A stretch of 64,000 nucleotides of DNA. Source: Sphyrna mokarran (lineage: Eukaryota). Below, piece after piece: positions 13,526-27,096 of the stretch. Position 1 is the stretch's first letter. Each line of letters begins with the position of its first letter. Made by a program: the position numbers and the translations under genes. The stretch is from positions 96,720,001 to 96,784,000 of the forward strand of contig JAGIQG010000009.1 in the NCBI GenBank assembly GCA_024679065.1, read 5' to 3'. The notes beneath the pieces were generated by a model, which was not told the origin of the DNA, made no database searches, and worked only from the letters and a program-made list of their open reading frames with translations.

Positions 13526-15429
13526 GTAAGGAGCAATAGTGGTGCCCTGCATTTATACAAACCAAACTGATATTTAAGTTAATTAATATAATCCAATTAA
13601 AGTTAAAGATTAGCATCTAATTAATAGTTGGTGTTTCTACACAGAGCAGTTAGCAGTGAATGGGAATTCTAATAAAGGGTACGACCAGATTTATTTGGGA
13701 GTGAATCAGATTATTTTGTAGGCAACTGAGAGATATTGCTGAAAGTGAATTTTAAATCAAGTGGACTAAAGAGAGGTTACCTTTCATCACATAGTGACCT
13801 TGTGATGGGGTAGGAGAGGCAAGCACAATTAGAACATTTAACATGGGGTGGCACAGTGATCAGCACTGCTGCCTCACAGCGCCAGAGTCCCAAGTTTGAT
13901 TCCTGACTTGGGTCAGTGCCTGTGCGGAGTTTGCACATTTTCCCTGTGCCTGCATGAGTTTCCTCCCACAATCCCAAAGGTTAGTTGGATTGGCCATGCT
14001 CAGTTGCCCCTTAGTGTCAGGGGTACCAATTAGGGTAAATATTTGGGGTTATGGGGATAGAGGCTAGGTGGGATTGTGGTCAGTGCAGGCTTGATAGGCC
14101 CAATTGCCTCCTTCTGCACTGTATGATTATATTTTTTAAAATTACATTTTGATGAGACTGTATGAATGCTGGCTTGTGACTCATTGCTCGTGTTCCTACG
14201 CCTAGACAAGAAGTTCTGGGTTTGAGTTCCCATTAAAAGACATTGGGATAGGCACGTGAATAGGAAAGGTTTAGAGAGATATGGGCCCAACACAGGCAAA
14301 TGAGACTAGTTTGGTTTAGGAAATCTGGTCAGCGTTGAGCAGAAAGGCCTGTTGCAGTGCTATATATCTCTGTGACTCAGTGGTAATTATCCCTTCTCCT
14401 CCTAAACTACCACAGTGTAATAGATCCACAAAGGCAAAAATGCCTTCACAAAAGTCCCTTTATTTGCAAGCCTGACAGCAGCATACTGAGTGTTATCAGT
14501 TAACAGTCTACACTACGAGTTCCAGAAAAACTGACACGCCTAGTTAGGTACAAAGCATGCAACGCGCTGACTGGCCTATCAATCTGATCCTTAATCACAA
14601 AGTTCATATTCTAACAGGCCAACGTTAATTGCCTGATTAAAGTCATTCTTTGGATTGATTGTCTTTGGATTGTTCTTAGATTATGCACCACAGTGGTTTG
14701 CTGTTACTTTATGCTGTACTGCTGATCAGTAAACTCTCCCGTTCTTTCCTGCCTACAATCAAGCTTATTGGAAGGATTTATAGGCTGTTAATGAACTATG
14801 ACTCTCAATTCTGAGAGGGGAACTCGAACCAGAACTTCTGGTCTAGACATAGGAACACGAGCATTGAGTCACAAGACGGCATTCATATAGTCTCATCAAA
14901 ATGTAATTTTAAAAAATATAAGCACGTTGGCACAGGGGTTAGCACTGCTGCTAACCACTGTGCCTTGGGTGACTGTGTGGAGTTTACACATCTGTATGGG
15001 ATTTTTCCGGGTGCTTCAATTTACTCCCACACTCCAAAAATGTGCAGATTAGGTGGATTGGCAATGCTAAATTGCCCCTTAGTGTCAGAGCAGTGCCCAG
15101 GCGATTAGAAGTATAAATATATGGGCTGATGGGGTAATTGGATTGTTGTTGCTTCAGGCTCAATTGGCCAAAGTGCTTCTGCACTGTGGGATTCTATGAT
15201 TCAAACTTTCCCCAATTTAATATCAGCACACCAACTAAATTTGATACGGGTAAACATAGCAAATAGTGGCGCAATTTTCACCTTGTGGCTCCATCAGATA
15301 CCTATTAGAGTACCTTAAACTACTGAGAGGGAAGCTTCAAGGAAGTGTAGTCATGTGCAAGAGGGCTCTCTCCAGATTACTCAGCACATCAGGTTGTCTA
15401 TGTCTAAAACATAGGAAGTGAAGAGGGGT

Positions 15430-16293
15430 GTTATAGTTTACAGAGTGACTTGGACAAGTTGCAGAGCTGGGCCGAGAGGTGGCAAATGGAGTTTAATGTG
15501 GAAAAGTGTGAGGTAATGCACTTTGGCAGGAACAATAAATGTGTAGACTATAGGGCTAATGGTAGGGCTCTTAATAGTGTTGAGGAACAGAAGGATCTTG
15601 GTGTATGTGTCAATAGATCCTGAAAGTAGGCAGTCAAGTGGATAAAGTTGTTAAGAAGGCATATGGAGTCTTAGCTTTTATTGGTAGGGGGATTGAATTT
15701 AGGAGCCGCAGCGTCATGTTGCAACTGTACAAAACTCTAGTGCGGCCGCACTTGGAGTATTGTTTGCAGTTCTGGTCCCCACATTATAAGAAAGATGTGG
15801 AGGCATTGGAGAGGGTACAGAGGAGGTTTTCCAGGATGTTGCCTGGTATGGAGGGCAGGTCTTATGAAGAGAGGCTGAGGGATTTGAGGTTGTTTTCGTT
15901 AGAAAGGAGGCGGCTAAGAGGTGACCTTATTGAAACATATAAGATGATTAGAGGTTTAGATAGGGTGGACAGTGATAGCCTTTTTCCTAGGATGGAGAAA
16001 GCTAGCACGAGGGGACACAGCTTTAAATTAAGGGGTATGAGTTGTAGGACGGATATCAGAGGTAGGTTCTTTACTCAAAGAGTGATTAGGGAGTGGAATG
16101 CCCTGCCTGCAGCTGTTTTAGATGCGCCAAGTTTGGTGGCGTTTAAGAGGTTAGTTGATAAGTATATGGAAGAGAAGGGAATGGTTTAGTTTGGAGGGGC
16201 ATTGCTTTTATTTTGGTCGGCACAACATCGAAGGCCGAAGGGCCTGTTCTGTGCTGTAATGTTCTATGTTCTATGTTCTATGTTCTATGTTCT
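15430..16293 (+). mobile_element. CR1 LINE 3' fragment
   Basis: LYKTLVRPHLEYC.QFWSPH..LERRRLRGDLIE ORF; (GTTCTAT)n tail. Confidence 0.93.
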
Positions 16294-16440
16294 AATAATA
16301 TTTAACCAGTTTGCAATTCAGATAAGTTTTTTGATAGGTTGACTTTGGAAATTACAGAAAGGCATTTGATTAAGAAATTTTTACCAGTATTCATGCTGGA
16401 CTGTTTACCTGACTTGACGTTACCTTCTTAATTTCTGCAG

Positions 16441-16524
16441 GGAAATGCAGCAGATTCTGAACCATCAGCAGCAGAGATCGATGGATGTGAAAATGAAGAT
16501 CTGGAAACCAATGTTCAATGTTAA
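16441..16524 (+). CDS. Gene D terminal coding exon (GNAADSEPSAAEIDGCENEDLETNVQC*)
   Basis: ccttcttaatttctgcAG acceptor, phase 0, TAA at 16522-16524; in frame with the 13485 exon. Confidence 0.62.
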   Translation, partial: GNAADSEPSAAEIDGCENEDLETNVQC

Positions 16525-17099
16525 ACCTAGAGGCCTACAAAAAAATCCGATGTGAAATCGGGCTTTATTTTATCAGTTCCAATGTAATTTTATTTTTTAC
16601 ATAGGATGACATTCAGTCCTGTCACTTTGTGCCAATGTTAATACTCCATTAGAGTCTTCTTTCACCTTTCCTGAGCTGAATCTATCATTATAACCCATTA
16701 CTCACTTATCCCAACAAGGGTATCCAGCTTCTCCTTAAATGCCTCCTGGAGTGGGGCACAGTGGCACAATGGTTAGCATTGCTGCCTCACAGCTCCATGA
16801 GCTGGGTTCAATTCCTGGCTTGGGTCAGTGTCGGTGCGGAGTTTGCACGTTCTTTCTGTGTCTGCCAGGGTTTCATCTGGGTGCTCCGGTTTCCTGCCAA
16901 AGTCCCAAGATCTGCGGGATAGATCGAGTGGCCATGATAAAATTACCTCTCAGTGTGCCAAGATGCATAGGTTAGAGGGATAAGTGGGATAAATATATGG
17001 GGTGGCAGGGATATGGCCTGGGTGGGATTATTGCTGGTGCACACTAGATGGGCTGAATGGCCTGTTTCTGCATTGTAGAATTTCTATAATTTATCGTCT

Positions 17100-17600
17100 A
17101 CCTCGTGTGAGGCCTGTGGTAGCGAAATCCACACTCCACTTTAGTGCAGCACAAACAACACTCAAGAAACTTGACACCATCCAGAGGAAAAACGGCTAAC
17201 TTGATTGGCGCCATATCCACCATCATTCACACCCCTCACCACTGATGCACAGTGACAGCAGTGCGCACCATTACAAGATGCACTGCAGGATCTCACCAGG
17301 GCTCCTTGAACATCAGCTTCTAAACTCACCACCATCTACATGGACAACAATAGCGGATACCTAGGTGCGCCTACATCAGGATGTTCCCCTCAAAGCCACC
17401 CGCCATCCTGACTTGGAAATATTTCACCCGTTCTTTCATTGTCGATGGGTCAAAAATCCCAGAATTTTTCCCCTAACAGCACTGTGGATGAACCTAGATC
17501 ACATGGACTTCAGTGGTTTGAAAAGGCAGCTCATCACCACCTTCTTAAGGGCAATTAGGGATGGGCAAAAAATTTGGCCTAGCGACATTCAGTAATTGAA
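17100..17600 (+). mobile_element. LINE 3' fragment sharing its tail with the SacSINE1-like repeats (copies 30090-30525-, 31960-32450-)
   Basis: LKKLDTIQ..LIG..LHH..TVAA..TIYKMHC remnant; gcaattagggatgggc tail. Confidence 0.65.
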
Positions 17601-18140
17601 TAGCTTTCAAAAAATCTCACCACTTGCTGTGTAAAGAAGTTTCTCTTCAATTTCTTATTGGATTCATTCGTGAATATTATACTGACTGCCTCATTCCCGC
17701 AAAGGAAAACTTTGTCTTTATATTCACTCTGTCAGAACCTTTCATAAGTTCAAAGATTGTACTACATCACCACTCGGTCCAGGTATGTTTTATTTTTCTG
17801 TTTGTAAAACAAACCAAAAAAGGCTGCATGGTGGCACAGTGATTAGCATTGCTGCCTCACAGCACCAGGGACCCGGCTTTGATTTCCAGCTTAGGTCCCT
17901 GTCGCTGGAGTTTACACATTCTCCCTGTGTCTGTGTGGGTTTCCTCCGGGTGCTCCAGTTTTCTCCCACAGTCAGAAAGATGTGCCAGTTAGGCGCTGGA
18001 GTGTGTAACTTCATTGCAGTGTTAATGTAAGCCTACTTGTGACCAATAAATATACTTTACTTTAAAACTTCCCTTTATCAAGTAACTGTCACCTCATCAG
18101 AACATCCAAAGACCTTTACAGCCTCTGAACACAGCTTGTG

Positions 18141-18146
18141 AATAAA
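18141..18146 (+). terminator. Candidate polyadenylation signal of gene D
   Basis: AATAAA followed by T-rich sequence, downstream of the terminal exon. Confidence 0.3.
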
Positions 18147-19185
18147 AGCTCTTTATTTCTACTTTCCAAATCACTTGCACTCCCGATCAACATGATATTT
18201 GTAAATCAGTATTTTATTTGTAAAACATAAATGTTTTGTTAATGGATCCTTGTACATTTCGTCTTTTATGGAGAGCAATGGAGTTTTAAACCATCCACTA
18301 AATGGGGGAAAATAATATCCTGGGCAACATCCAAAAACAGACAATGTAAACCATTTTCCAGGTACACCAATTTAATAGTTTGATATAACACACTTAAACC
18401 ACTATCAGACTGCAAATTTCTCCCTTATATTCCAAGACTGGCTAGAATGTGGGTATTACAGCCCACCCGATATTGCTGTCTAATGACTGCACAATTGGGC
18501 AGAGGTACAGACAAAGGATCTGCTTTGGACATATTGCTTGACGCACTGGTCACACATCGGCTTACCCACACTTCAAATGTCCTTTTCACCAGTGCAAGGT
18601 CTGTTTGGAAGGTAGAAATTGGTAACTGAATTAGGTCAAACTCATGTCCTATCCATGGAAGAGTTGCAACTCAGAAGGAGGTCTTTCAGAGTTTGAACCT
18701 GCTCTCCACCTGAGTCTTGCACTTCCCATAAAAATCATAGAATCCCTACAATGCAGAAGGATGACCCATCAGCTAAGAATGGAACCTGAGATCATCTGAT
18801 GTAAATAAACGGAGATGAATTTGATAAAGAGAAACAAACTGAGTGTTAGAGATCTGAAAACATAAGGATTGCCGATCAGGGGAGTATTGGTTTGAACTAG
18901 TTACTCAACAATGCTATTTCTCCTCCTTACTCATTTCTTCAAACTTGTGGAGTTAGTCAGGATGTGCCTGCATCTGAAGCCATCTTTTCTAAGCAGCATT
19001 GAAAGGGTCCATTGAGTGTCACAAGAGGAGTAAATAATTATAGCTCCTCACTTGTACACAGGATGAGTAGAGGTCACTGTGCAGGTGATCAGTGACCTTG
19101 AGTTCTTGCGTCTGTCATATAGCCAGAGGCACTGAGAAGGTAGGTTTCAACCCACATTTTTGTCCCACCTTAGCCTCCTCTGCTC

Positions 19186-20420
19186 TTAAGAAAATAATGA
19201 TGTAGAAAATAATCCAAACCCATTGTATCTCCCCTTATAGTTCAAATGCTCAATCCCAAGAAGCATCCTGGTAAATATCCACAGTATCCCCTCTCGTGTA
19301 ATCGCACCCTTCCTATAATATTGCAATATTATAATGCGGTGACCAGACAGGCACACGATACTCCAACTGTGGCCTAACCAACATCTGTACAGCTCAAGCA
19401 TATCCTGCTTGCTCTTATACTCCATACTGATGAATACAAGTGTCCCAAATTCATTCTCAACCTGCTCTGCTGCTCTGTGAATAAGTACCTATCTGTTCCT
19501 CTGAGCTTCCTAGTGTCCTGCAATTCATTAACTACAGCCTTGTCTTGTTACTTCATCCAAAGTGCATCACCATGCACGTACCAGGGATAAATACCATCTG
19601 CCACTGCTCTGCCCATCTGACTAACCCATCACATCATGTAGGAAAATTACACCATCTCAAATCTATAACACAAATTTTTGGAGGCAAATTTTAAATTGAA
19701 TGAAAACAGAAAATACTGGAGAAACTCAGTTGGTCTGACAATATCTGTGGAGAGACTCAAGAGATTATGACCCAAAATGATGGCTCTATTCTCTCTCTCC
19801 ACAGATGTGCCAGACCTGCTGAGTTTCTCCAGCATTTTCTGTTTTGCTTCAAATTCCAGCATCTGCAGTAATTTGCCTTTATGTTAAGTTAGAGTCATAG
19901 AAGGTTCTAGCAATGGAAGCAGGCTCTTTGGCTTAACTTGTCCATGCAGCCCAATTTTTATGGTTAAGCTAATACCAATTGTCCACTTTTGGCCTATATC
20001 CCTCTATACCCATCTTACCTAAGTAAGTACCTAAACGTTTTTTAAAAGACAAAATTGTATCTGTCTCTACTTCTACCTCTGGCAGCTTGTTCCAGATGCT
20101 TACCATCCTCTGTGTGAAAATTTTTGTATCTCTCCCCTCTTACATTAAACCTATGCCCTCTAGTTTTAGACTCTCTATTTTTGGGAAAAGAGGTTGACTA
20201 TCTAGCTGATCTATGCCCCTCAATATTTTATAGACCTCTATAAGATCATCATTTAGCATCCTACACTCCAAGGAAAAAAAACCCAGCCTATCCAGCCTCT
20301 CTTTATTACTCAAACTATCAAGTGCCGGTAAAATCCTGGTAAATTGTTTCTGCATTTTTTCTAGTTTAATAATGTCCTTTATTATTCTATAATAAAGTGA
20401 CCAGAACTGTACACAGTACA
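19186..20420 (-). mobile_element. CR1 fragments (19186-19620, 19890-20420) flanking a Penelope-like palindrome
   Basis: YCVQFWSLYY..LGFFSLE..DLIEVYK remnants. Confidence 0.75.
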
Positions 20421-22564
20421 ACTGTTCAATTTCTGTACAGAAATCATGAACATGTTATTTTCAAAGAAACAAAATCAGATCTCATACTGTGCATAATTAT
20501 AAAAAAAAACTAAAGGTGCAATCAGTCCAATAGAAACAATATGAATAAAATTGCACAGTTAACGATTGTGATAGCAACACAGGAAATGTTTTAATTCTAC
20601 TTTTTATAGTTAAAAGGTCATCAAAGCGTTGTAAAAAAATCTTCCTGGTGGAAGGGAATGGCTTCTAGGTTGTGAAAGAGGCGCACTTTGCACTTTGCAT
20701 TCTCACTTAACAGCAGTGCTGAAGGAACAAGCAATAATTTGTATTGGTGACAGTGAAATTGTTAATGTTAACAGTGGTGTGAGCAACAAAAATAACATTT
20801 AACAGAATTAACATAGATCTAATTTTTGACTCTAATCAAATTATTCCCAAGAAGCTTGAGACAGGTGGTGTGAAGTTGAACTTGTAAAGATGTAAAAGAA
20901 TTGTAAAAACTCCTAGAGTAGAAAAAAACTTATGTGGTCCCTTTAAAAGCTGATTTTCTGTTCAAGAGTCGAATGTTTAAAGTACATAGAGTGCACAGAT
21001 TGCAACAATTGTAACTGGCACCAAGCGTCAGGGTTGCCATGGTAACAGTCTTTGCAGGCTGTTGCATTTTAATAGCCTATGAGGTTAAAGAAGACACTTA
21101 GTAATCAGGATACTATCAAATTGAATTTGCTGTTGTTAATGCCATCAGGTAAATAAGGTATAGGAAAATGCATAGGTAATCAAGAACATAAAAATAGGAA
21201 CTCAACTGCCCGCCTTCCGTTCAGTGACTTCAATTCTATTTGGTAGTTGAGTTCAATTAGTCAGTTCAGTGAAGTTGAACCTCTCAAAACCTGGAGAGGG
21301 CAACAGCAGATCTCTGCCATTTAAACAGACATCTCAAGAGAAATCTTAATCTATCGATCAGAAGGGTACCAAATCGGAGAGAGTTTACCAACAACAAGAT
21401 TGACAAAAGAATTCCAAAGGTTTTTCCAAAGCCACGAAATCAGTTGACATGTTTTTTTGAGAGTGACTAAGTTAGTGTTCATATTTGTGGGCATGATCCT
21501 TGTATTTATTTGAACAGCATTCCAGTCGGAGCTTAGTTTATGTTACTTGCTTAGTTAAAGTTTCCAGTCGGCTAAAAAAAAATGATTTGTTAATTATTTA
21601 CTTAAAGTGAGTGTCAGGTCTTTCTGTTAATGAACTTCAAAATGTTAATGAGGAACAGTTAACACCTTCCCAAACAAAAGTAACAGATTAAGAAGTGAGA
21701 CAAAGGAGATTAACCTCTGCATTGTAACACAGGAAGGAGGAACTCTGTGCTTGCAATGTAAATAATGAGAGGATACTAATTTAGTTACATCTTTAAAACA
21801 AGGTGATAAAATTGGATCCTGGTACATGAATATATATCATTATTGATACTATAGGTCAGATAATTGACAGTAATCTCAAGACAGCAATTCAAACTATGTT
21901 GGTGAGCACATTTTTCATGTATACCTACAGAGTATAAAGCCATCATCTATATAATGGATCACAGGGCAATGGGGTTTGTGGATAGCATGTGATTATATGG
22001 GTGAGCCCCACACACAATGGGTAAACAGCTCTGCAGAAAATAGCTTGTTGAATTCTGTCGACTGCGCATTGTGGTGAAAGCCACAAGCTGGCACCGAGCC
22101 TTGGTGAAACCTCACCCACCTACACATCCCAATAACATGGTAAATGTGGTTTATTGAATAGCTTTCTTAACATACCACCGGCTGGTTGTTCAAGAGCTCT
22201 GCACATAATATACTCAGACATTTCATTAGATTAGAGGAAGTTTTGATTTGCTTAATAACATACTGTGAACTGGTTGGTGGAAGTCTGCACTCATGTTTGA
22301 ATATTGCTCCAATGATAAATATAGTCGGAAGATATGGACCTGTTCTTATTAAACTCTTGCAGGTTTCACATGCAAATAATATCAATACTCTCAGTATGTA
22401 GCCTGATATCCCTCACTGTTGATCTTTTCTTTCCTGTCAGTTAGAGGTATTTGGGGATACAACAATACACAAGTCTTCATGCTGCAGATCAAGAGATCAC
22501 CGTACACACCATCCCCTTATGGTTATAGACTTTGGTAAAGCATCAAGGAACAAGCAATATTCAA

Positions 22565-23535
22565 TGTAGGTTAGGCCACATTTGGAATGCTGCATCCAAT
22601 TCTGGTCGCTGCACGCCCAGACGCTTATGGTGGCTCTGGAGAAAGTACAGAAAAGGTTCACCAGGATGTTGTCTGGTACGGAGGGTATTAGCTATGAGGA
22701 GAGATTGAATAAACTGGGATTGTTTTCCCAGGAAAGACAGAGATTGAGGGGTGACCTGATAGAAGTTTACAGAATTATGAGGGGCATAGATAAGGTGAAC
22801 AATTGGAGATTTTTTCCCAGGGCAGAAATGACAATTAAAGGGGGCACAAGTTCAAGGTAAGGGATGGGGGGAGAAAGGTTCAGTGGAGACGTGCAGGGTA
22901 AGTTTTTTTACCCTGAGGGTGGTGGGATCCTGGAATACACTGCCAAGTGAGATGGTTGAGGCAGATATATTCGTGACATTTTGTAGCATTACAGAACTTG
23001 ACAGTACAGAAGGAGGCCATTCGTCCATTGAGTCTGCATGATCACAATCCCAGCCAGTCTCTATCCCAATAACCCCATGCATTTATCCTAGCTAGTCCCC
23101 ATGGCATTACAGGGCAATTTAACATGGTCAATCCCCCTAATCTGCACACCTTTGGACACTGGAAGGAAACTGGAATACCCAGAGGAAACTCACGCAGACA
23201 CAGGGAGAATGTACGAACTCCCCACAGACAGTGATCCAAGCCAAGAGTTGAACCCTGGCATTGTGAGGCAGCAGTGCTAACCAGTCTGCTGCCCCAGAAC
23301 AAAGTAATCTGTGGTTGGATTCAAGCCCACAACTCTAGAAGGTCACACCAGATGATGACTAGAAGTCAAACATACAAACTTACTGTGCCATAAAGCCAAG
23401 ATTTATCTTGATAGGCACATGAACATTCAGGATATAGAGGGATACAGGTGGTTGGTTGAGATAGGATAATGTGATTAGAATAGGCATGGAGGGCTGAAGG
23501 GCCTGTTCCTGTGCTGTATTGTTCTTTGTTTTTTG
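22565..23535 (+). mobile_element. CR1 3' fragment interrupted by an HE1 SINE (22985-23295, -)
   Basis: ECCIQFWS..LEKVQKRFTRM..RLRGDLIEVY ORF. Confidence 0.8.
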
Positions 23536-25384
23536 TTCAAGTGGAAATTTTACTAAAATGAAATGAGTCCAGAGATAAAAATAGTTGATACTACCTTACG
23601 TGATCCGAAGCTTGGGCACTACCAAACTGCAGATTGGAGGGGTGGATAAGATTTGGGGTGTGGCAGGAAGATTATAGGCAGGGACTAGTGGAGCAATTTT
23701 GTTTTGGGAACTGATTTTTGTTAAGGAAATTCTGATGTTGAGAAGTCCACCATGAAACCACAAGTGGAGAAGTCCAGGAAAGCAGCATTTCACTTCACCA
23801 AGAAGCAGCAGACATTCACTCCCATATCCCTTCCCCAAAGGGTTAGTAGTCACACCAGTTTAAAAAAAAATCACATAAGCTGCAGTGACAAAATAAAAGG
23901 TATTTATAAAGTATTCACAGGTAAGCACCAATGCCTTAAGTCTGAGGGAATTCATTAAATCAGATATCTGGTGCTTGAGGAAAGGAACGATATCCGCAAG
24001 AGATCAACACAAAATGGGACAAGACTGATAACTTGTAACAGTGGTGAATTAAGTCAGCTCACATAATTGCATATATTTAGCAAGTGTGAGCCTATTGTGA
24101 TTGCTTTCAATATTTGTACCATATGCATGATGTAACCGTAATCAATAACTGTGTGTGGATAGAGATAACTCCTGTACCTTGATTGATGTATGCTATTTAA
24201 TTGTAACCAAATTTAAAAATATGGCTGCTTGTGTATTCCAGAATTCTGGACAATGGCTGGTTACCAACACTGACCTGTGGTTTTCCAGAGACCACACTAT
24301 ACAGCTTGATGAAAATAGCTATATAAGAGAAATCCATGATTTGGTCTGGTTACCCAGAGAGGAAAGTTGCAACCAATGACATCAAAATCCATAACAACCT
24401 TTGCCCCTCCTTCCCACCAATCCCACTTTTCTAAGTCCAAATAAACAAGAGCAAGATTTAGTGGCCTTCGAGTGTGCATAAGGTTGCTGCTCTTGTTAGC
24501 CGGTTAAAACCACACACAAACACATTGATAGAATCACAGAATTCCTATTTTACAGAGGATGCCATTCAGCCCATCAAGTCTGCAATGACCACAATTCCAC
24601 CAGGCCCTACACTCATAACCTACTTATTTACCTGACTAACCCCCTGATACAAAAGGGTAACTTAGCGCAGCTAATCCACCTAACCTGCACATCTCAGGTA
24701 AATATTGAGAAGTTCCTTGCTGGATATCTAAGCAGAATCACCTTGTGTCTTGCAAAGAGGGTAGGGGATGGGGTGCAGAGATTCTTCAGCACAGTACAAT
24801 AGAGGCCCAACTCACAGTGTTCTTGTTATTTGAATTAACGCTTTCAACCTACTATATTTCAATGCACAACTAGCTCTCCTTAAGCTTCTTACCTCTCTTT
24901 AAATTAATCCAGGTCTTCCCCTTTCGCAAAAAGTCCATCACCGATGTCTCTTCCCCCTTCAGTTGTAGATCTTCATCTCAGATTTTCATTCTGTTCATGA
25001 TATCTCAAAATATATCAATACCTACAACTTCATTGAACTCTCTAATCATCCCAATTTACATCACTATTTCAGCCTGGGTTATACGAATCAAACTATCCTG
25101 TTTAAAGACATCCATAATATCCCATGAGATTATAGTTATCATGTGATACTTCATTATCTGCAATAATGAACCAAAGGTAGGCAGGGATCATCCATTGTCT
25201 CGAAGCTGTGATCTACTCATGTGTAGAACAGTTCTGCTTTGTTATAACCCAAGTATATAGTAATGATACAGATCCTTTAATATATTTTTCTCCCACTTCC
25301 CTGCCATGGAGGAAAAATGACCATATTTGGCTAGTTTCTTATTCTTAATTTATTCTGAAGGCATGGTGATGCCCTTCATCTACA

Positions 25385-25925
25385 TAACCATAGAAATGTA
25401 GGAAGTAGAAGCAGGAGTAGGCCATTTGACTCTTTGAGCCTGCTTCGCAATTTATTTTGATCATGGCTGATCATCAAATTCAATATCCTAATCCTCCTTT
25501 TCCACCATGTCCCTTGATCCCTTTACCCCTATGTAGTCACACAATGTTTTGGCTTCAACTACTTTCTGTGCTAGTGAATTAAATACATTCACCACTCTCT
25601 GGGTGAAGACATTTTCTGTCCTTCATCCTCAAACTATAACCCCTAGTTTGGACTCCTCCACCATTGCAAATCTTCCTTCCGAATTTACACTGTGTAATTC
25701 CATTAGAATTTTATGAGCTTCTATAAGATCCCCTCTCACTCTTCTAAACTCCAGTGAATATAATCCTAACCAACTTAGTGTCTCCTCATATGACAGACTT
25801 GCCATCCCAGGAATCAGCCTGGTAAACCTTTACTATACTCCCTCTCTAGCAAGAACATCTGGTAAGGATGTCAAAAATGCACACAATATTCCAGGTGTGG
25901 CCTCATCAATGCCTCATGCAATTTC
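25385..25925 (-). mobile_element. CR1 3' fragment
   Basis: Nucleotide similarity to 9360-9905. Confidence 0.7.
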
Positions 25926-26102
25926 AACTGTAACATCAGATATGGTGGACATTCTGCCAAGAGCCAGTCTTAAAGACAACATCATCCCATGTTGTTTCTG
26001 ATTTCCTATTGGGCATCAGGTTCTGAATTCTTTGGAACACTTGGACTCAGCATCAACAGCTTTGAAGCTGGACGGGTCAACCTTCACCTGGACTTGAGTG
26101 TT

Positions 26103-26159
26103 TCAGAGTCTATCGCTCCATCTTGGTTGTTTTTTTCTCCACAGTCTCCGTGTGGGCAA
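26103..26159 (-). CDS. Gene A terminal coding exon (LPTRRLWRKKQPRWSDRL*)
   Basis: ctcatttgtttgtgcAG acceptor, phase 0, stop TGA at 26105-26103. Confidence 0.6.
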   Translation of the reverse strand: MPTRRLWRKKQPRWSDRL

Positions 26160-27055
26160 CTGCACAAACAAATGAGATGTCATGTTAAGGAGCATTAGTG
26201 AGACCGCTTCACACTACATTCAGGTGGAATATTTTTGATAATGTTGATCCCAGAAGTTTAAAGTCACTGTGAGGCAGCATGGCAGCACAGTGGTTAGCAC
26301 TGCTGCCTCAAAGCGCTTGGGATCCAAGTTCAATTCTGGCCTCGGTCATGGTGTGTGGGGAGTTTGCACATTCTCCTCTTTTCTGCATAGCTTTCCTCTG
26401 GGTTCTCCAATTTTTTCCCAATGGTCCAAACATGACCTCAGGTTAGGTTGTTTGACCATGTTAAATTGCCCTTTAGTGTTGGAGGGGTTAGCAGGGTAAA
26501 TACATGAGGATAGAGCTTGGGTGGGATTGTTGTCCTGGGCTTGATGGGCTGAATGGCCTCCTTCTGCATTGTAGGAATTTTATGATTTGATTTATTTATG
26601 TCAAGTAGATTTATATTAATACTGCAATAAAGTTACTATGGCAATCCACTAATCTCCACACTCCAGCACCTGTTTGGGTATACTGAGGGACAATTTAGAA
26701 TGGTCAATGCACCTAATCAGCATTTTTTTTTGGACCTGAATTCATAGGTCTGAAGGGAAGGAACCCCAATCTACGATATAGCTGACAGAGAATGGAGCTT
26801 TCTCAAGCACCCACCCAATTCCCCAGTCAATAGATACAGATTGTGGCACTCCCTGTTTAGCTGTAAAGTCAAGGCTTCACTCGGGAACATCTTACTGCAA
26901 TCCCCCATTCCCATCCGCCTCCTCCCCCCTCCCCCAAAGCATTAACATCTCACACATACAATAATCTAACCATTTGAAATCTGTGAGATTGTCTTGTGTT
27001 AACATCCCACTATGCAACATTAAATCAAACATATTAAAACCGCTGTGCTACAAAC

Positions 27056-27096
27056 CTTATTCAATGCCCCAACTGAAGAACAAATCTTTTGAATAT
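27056..27096 (-). CDS. Gene A cytoplasmic exon 1 (DIQKICSSVGALNK)
   Basis: tttgcAG acceptor, AAG|GTTTGT donor, 41 nt phase 1-0, in frame with the TM exon. Confidence 0.65.

Noticed and set aside
21010-21730. Possible solo LTR (TG…CA)
   Set aside because: No matching TSD and no second copy visible in the window
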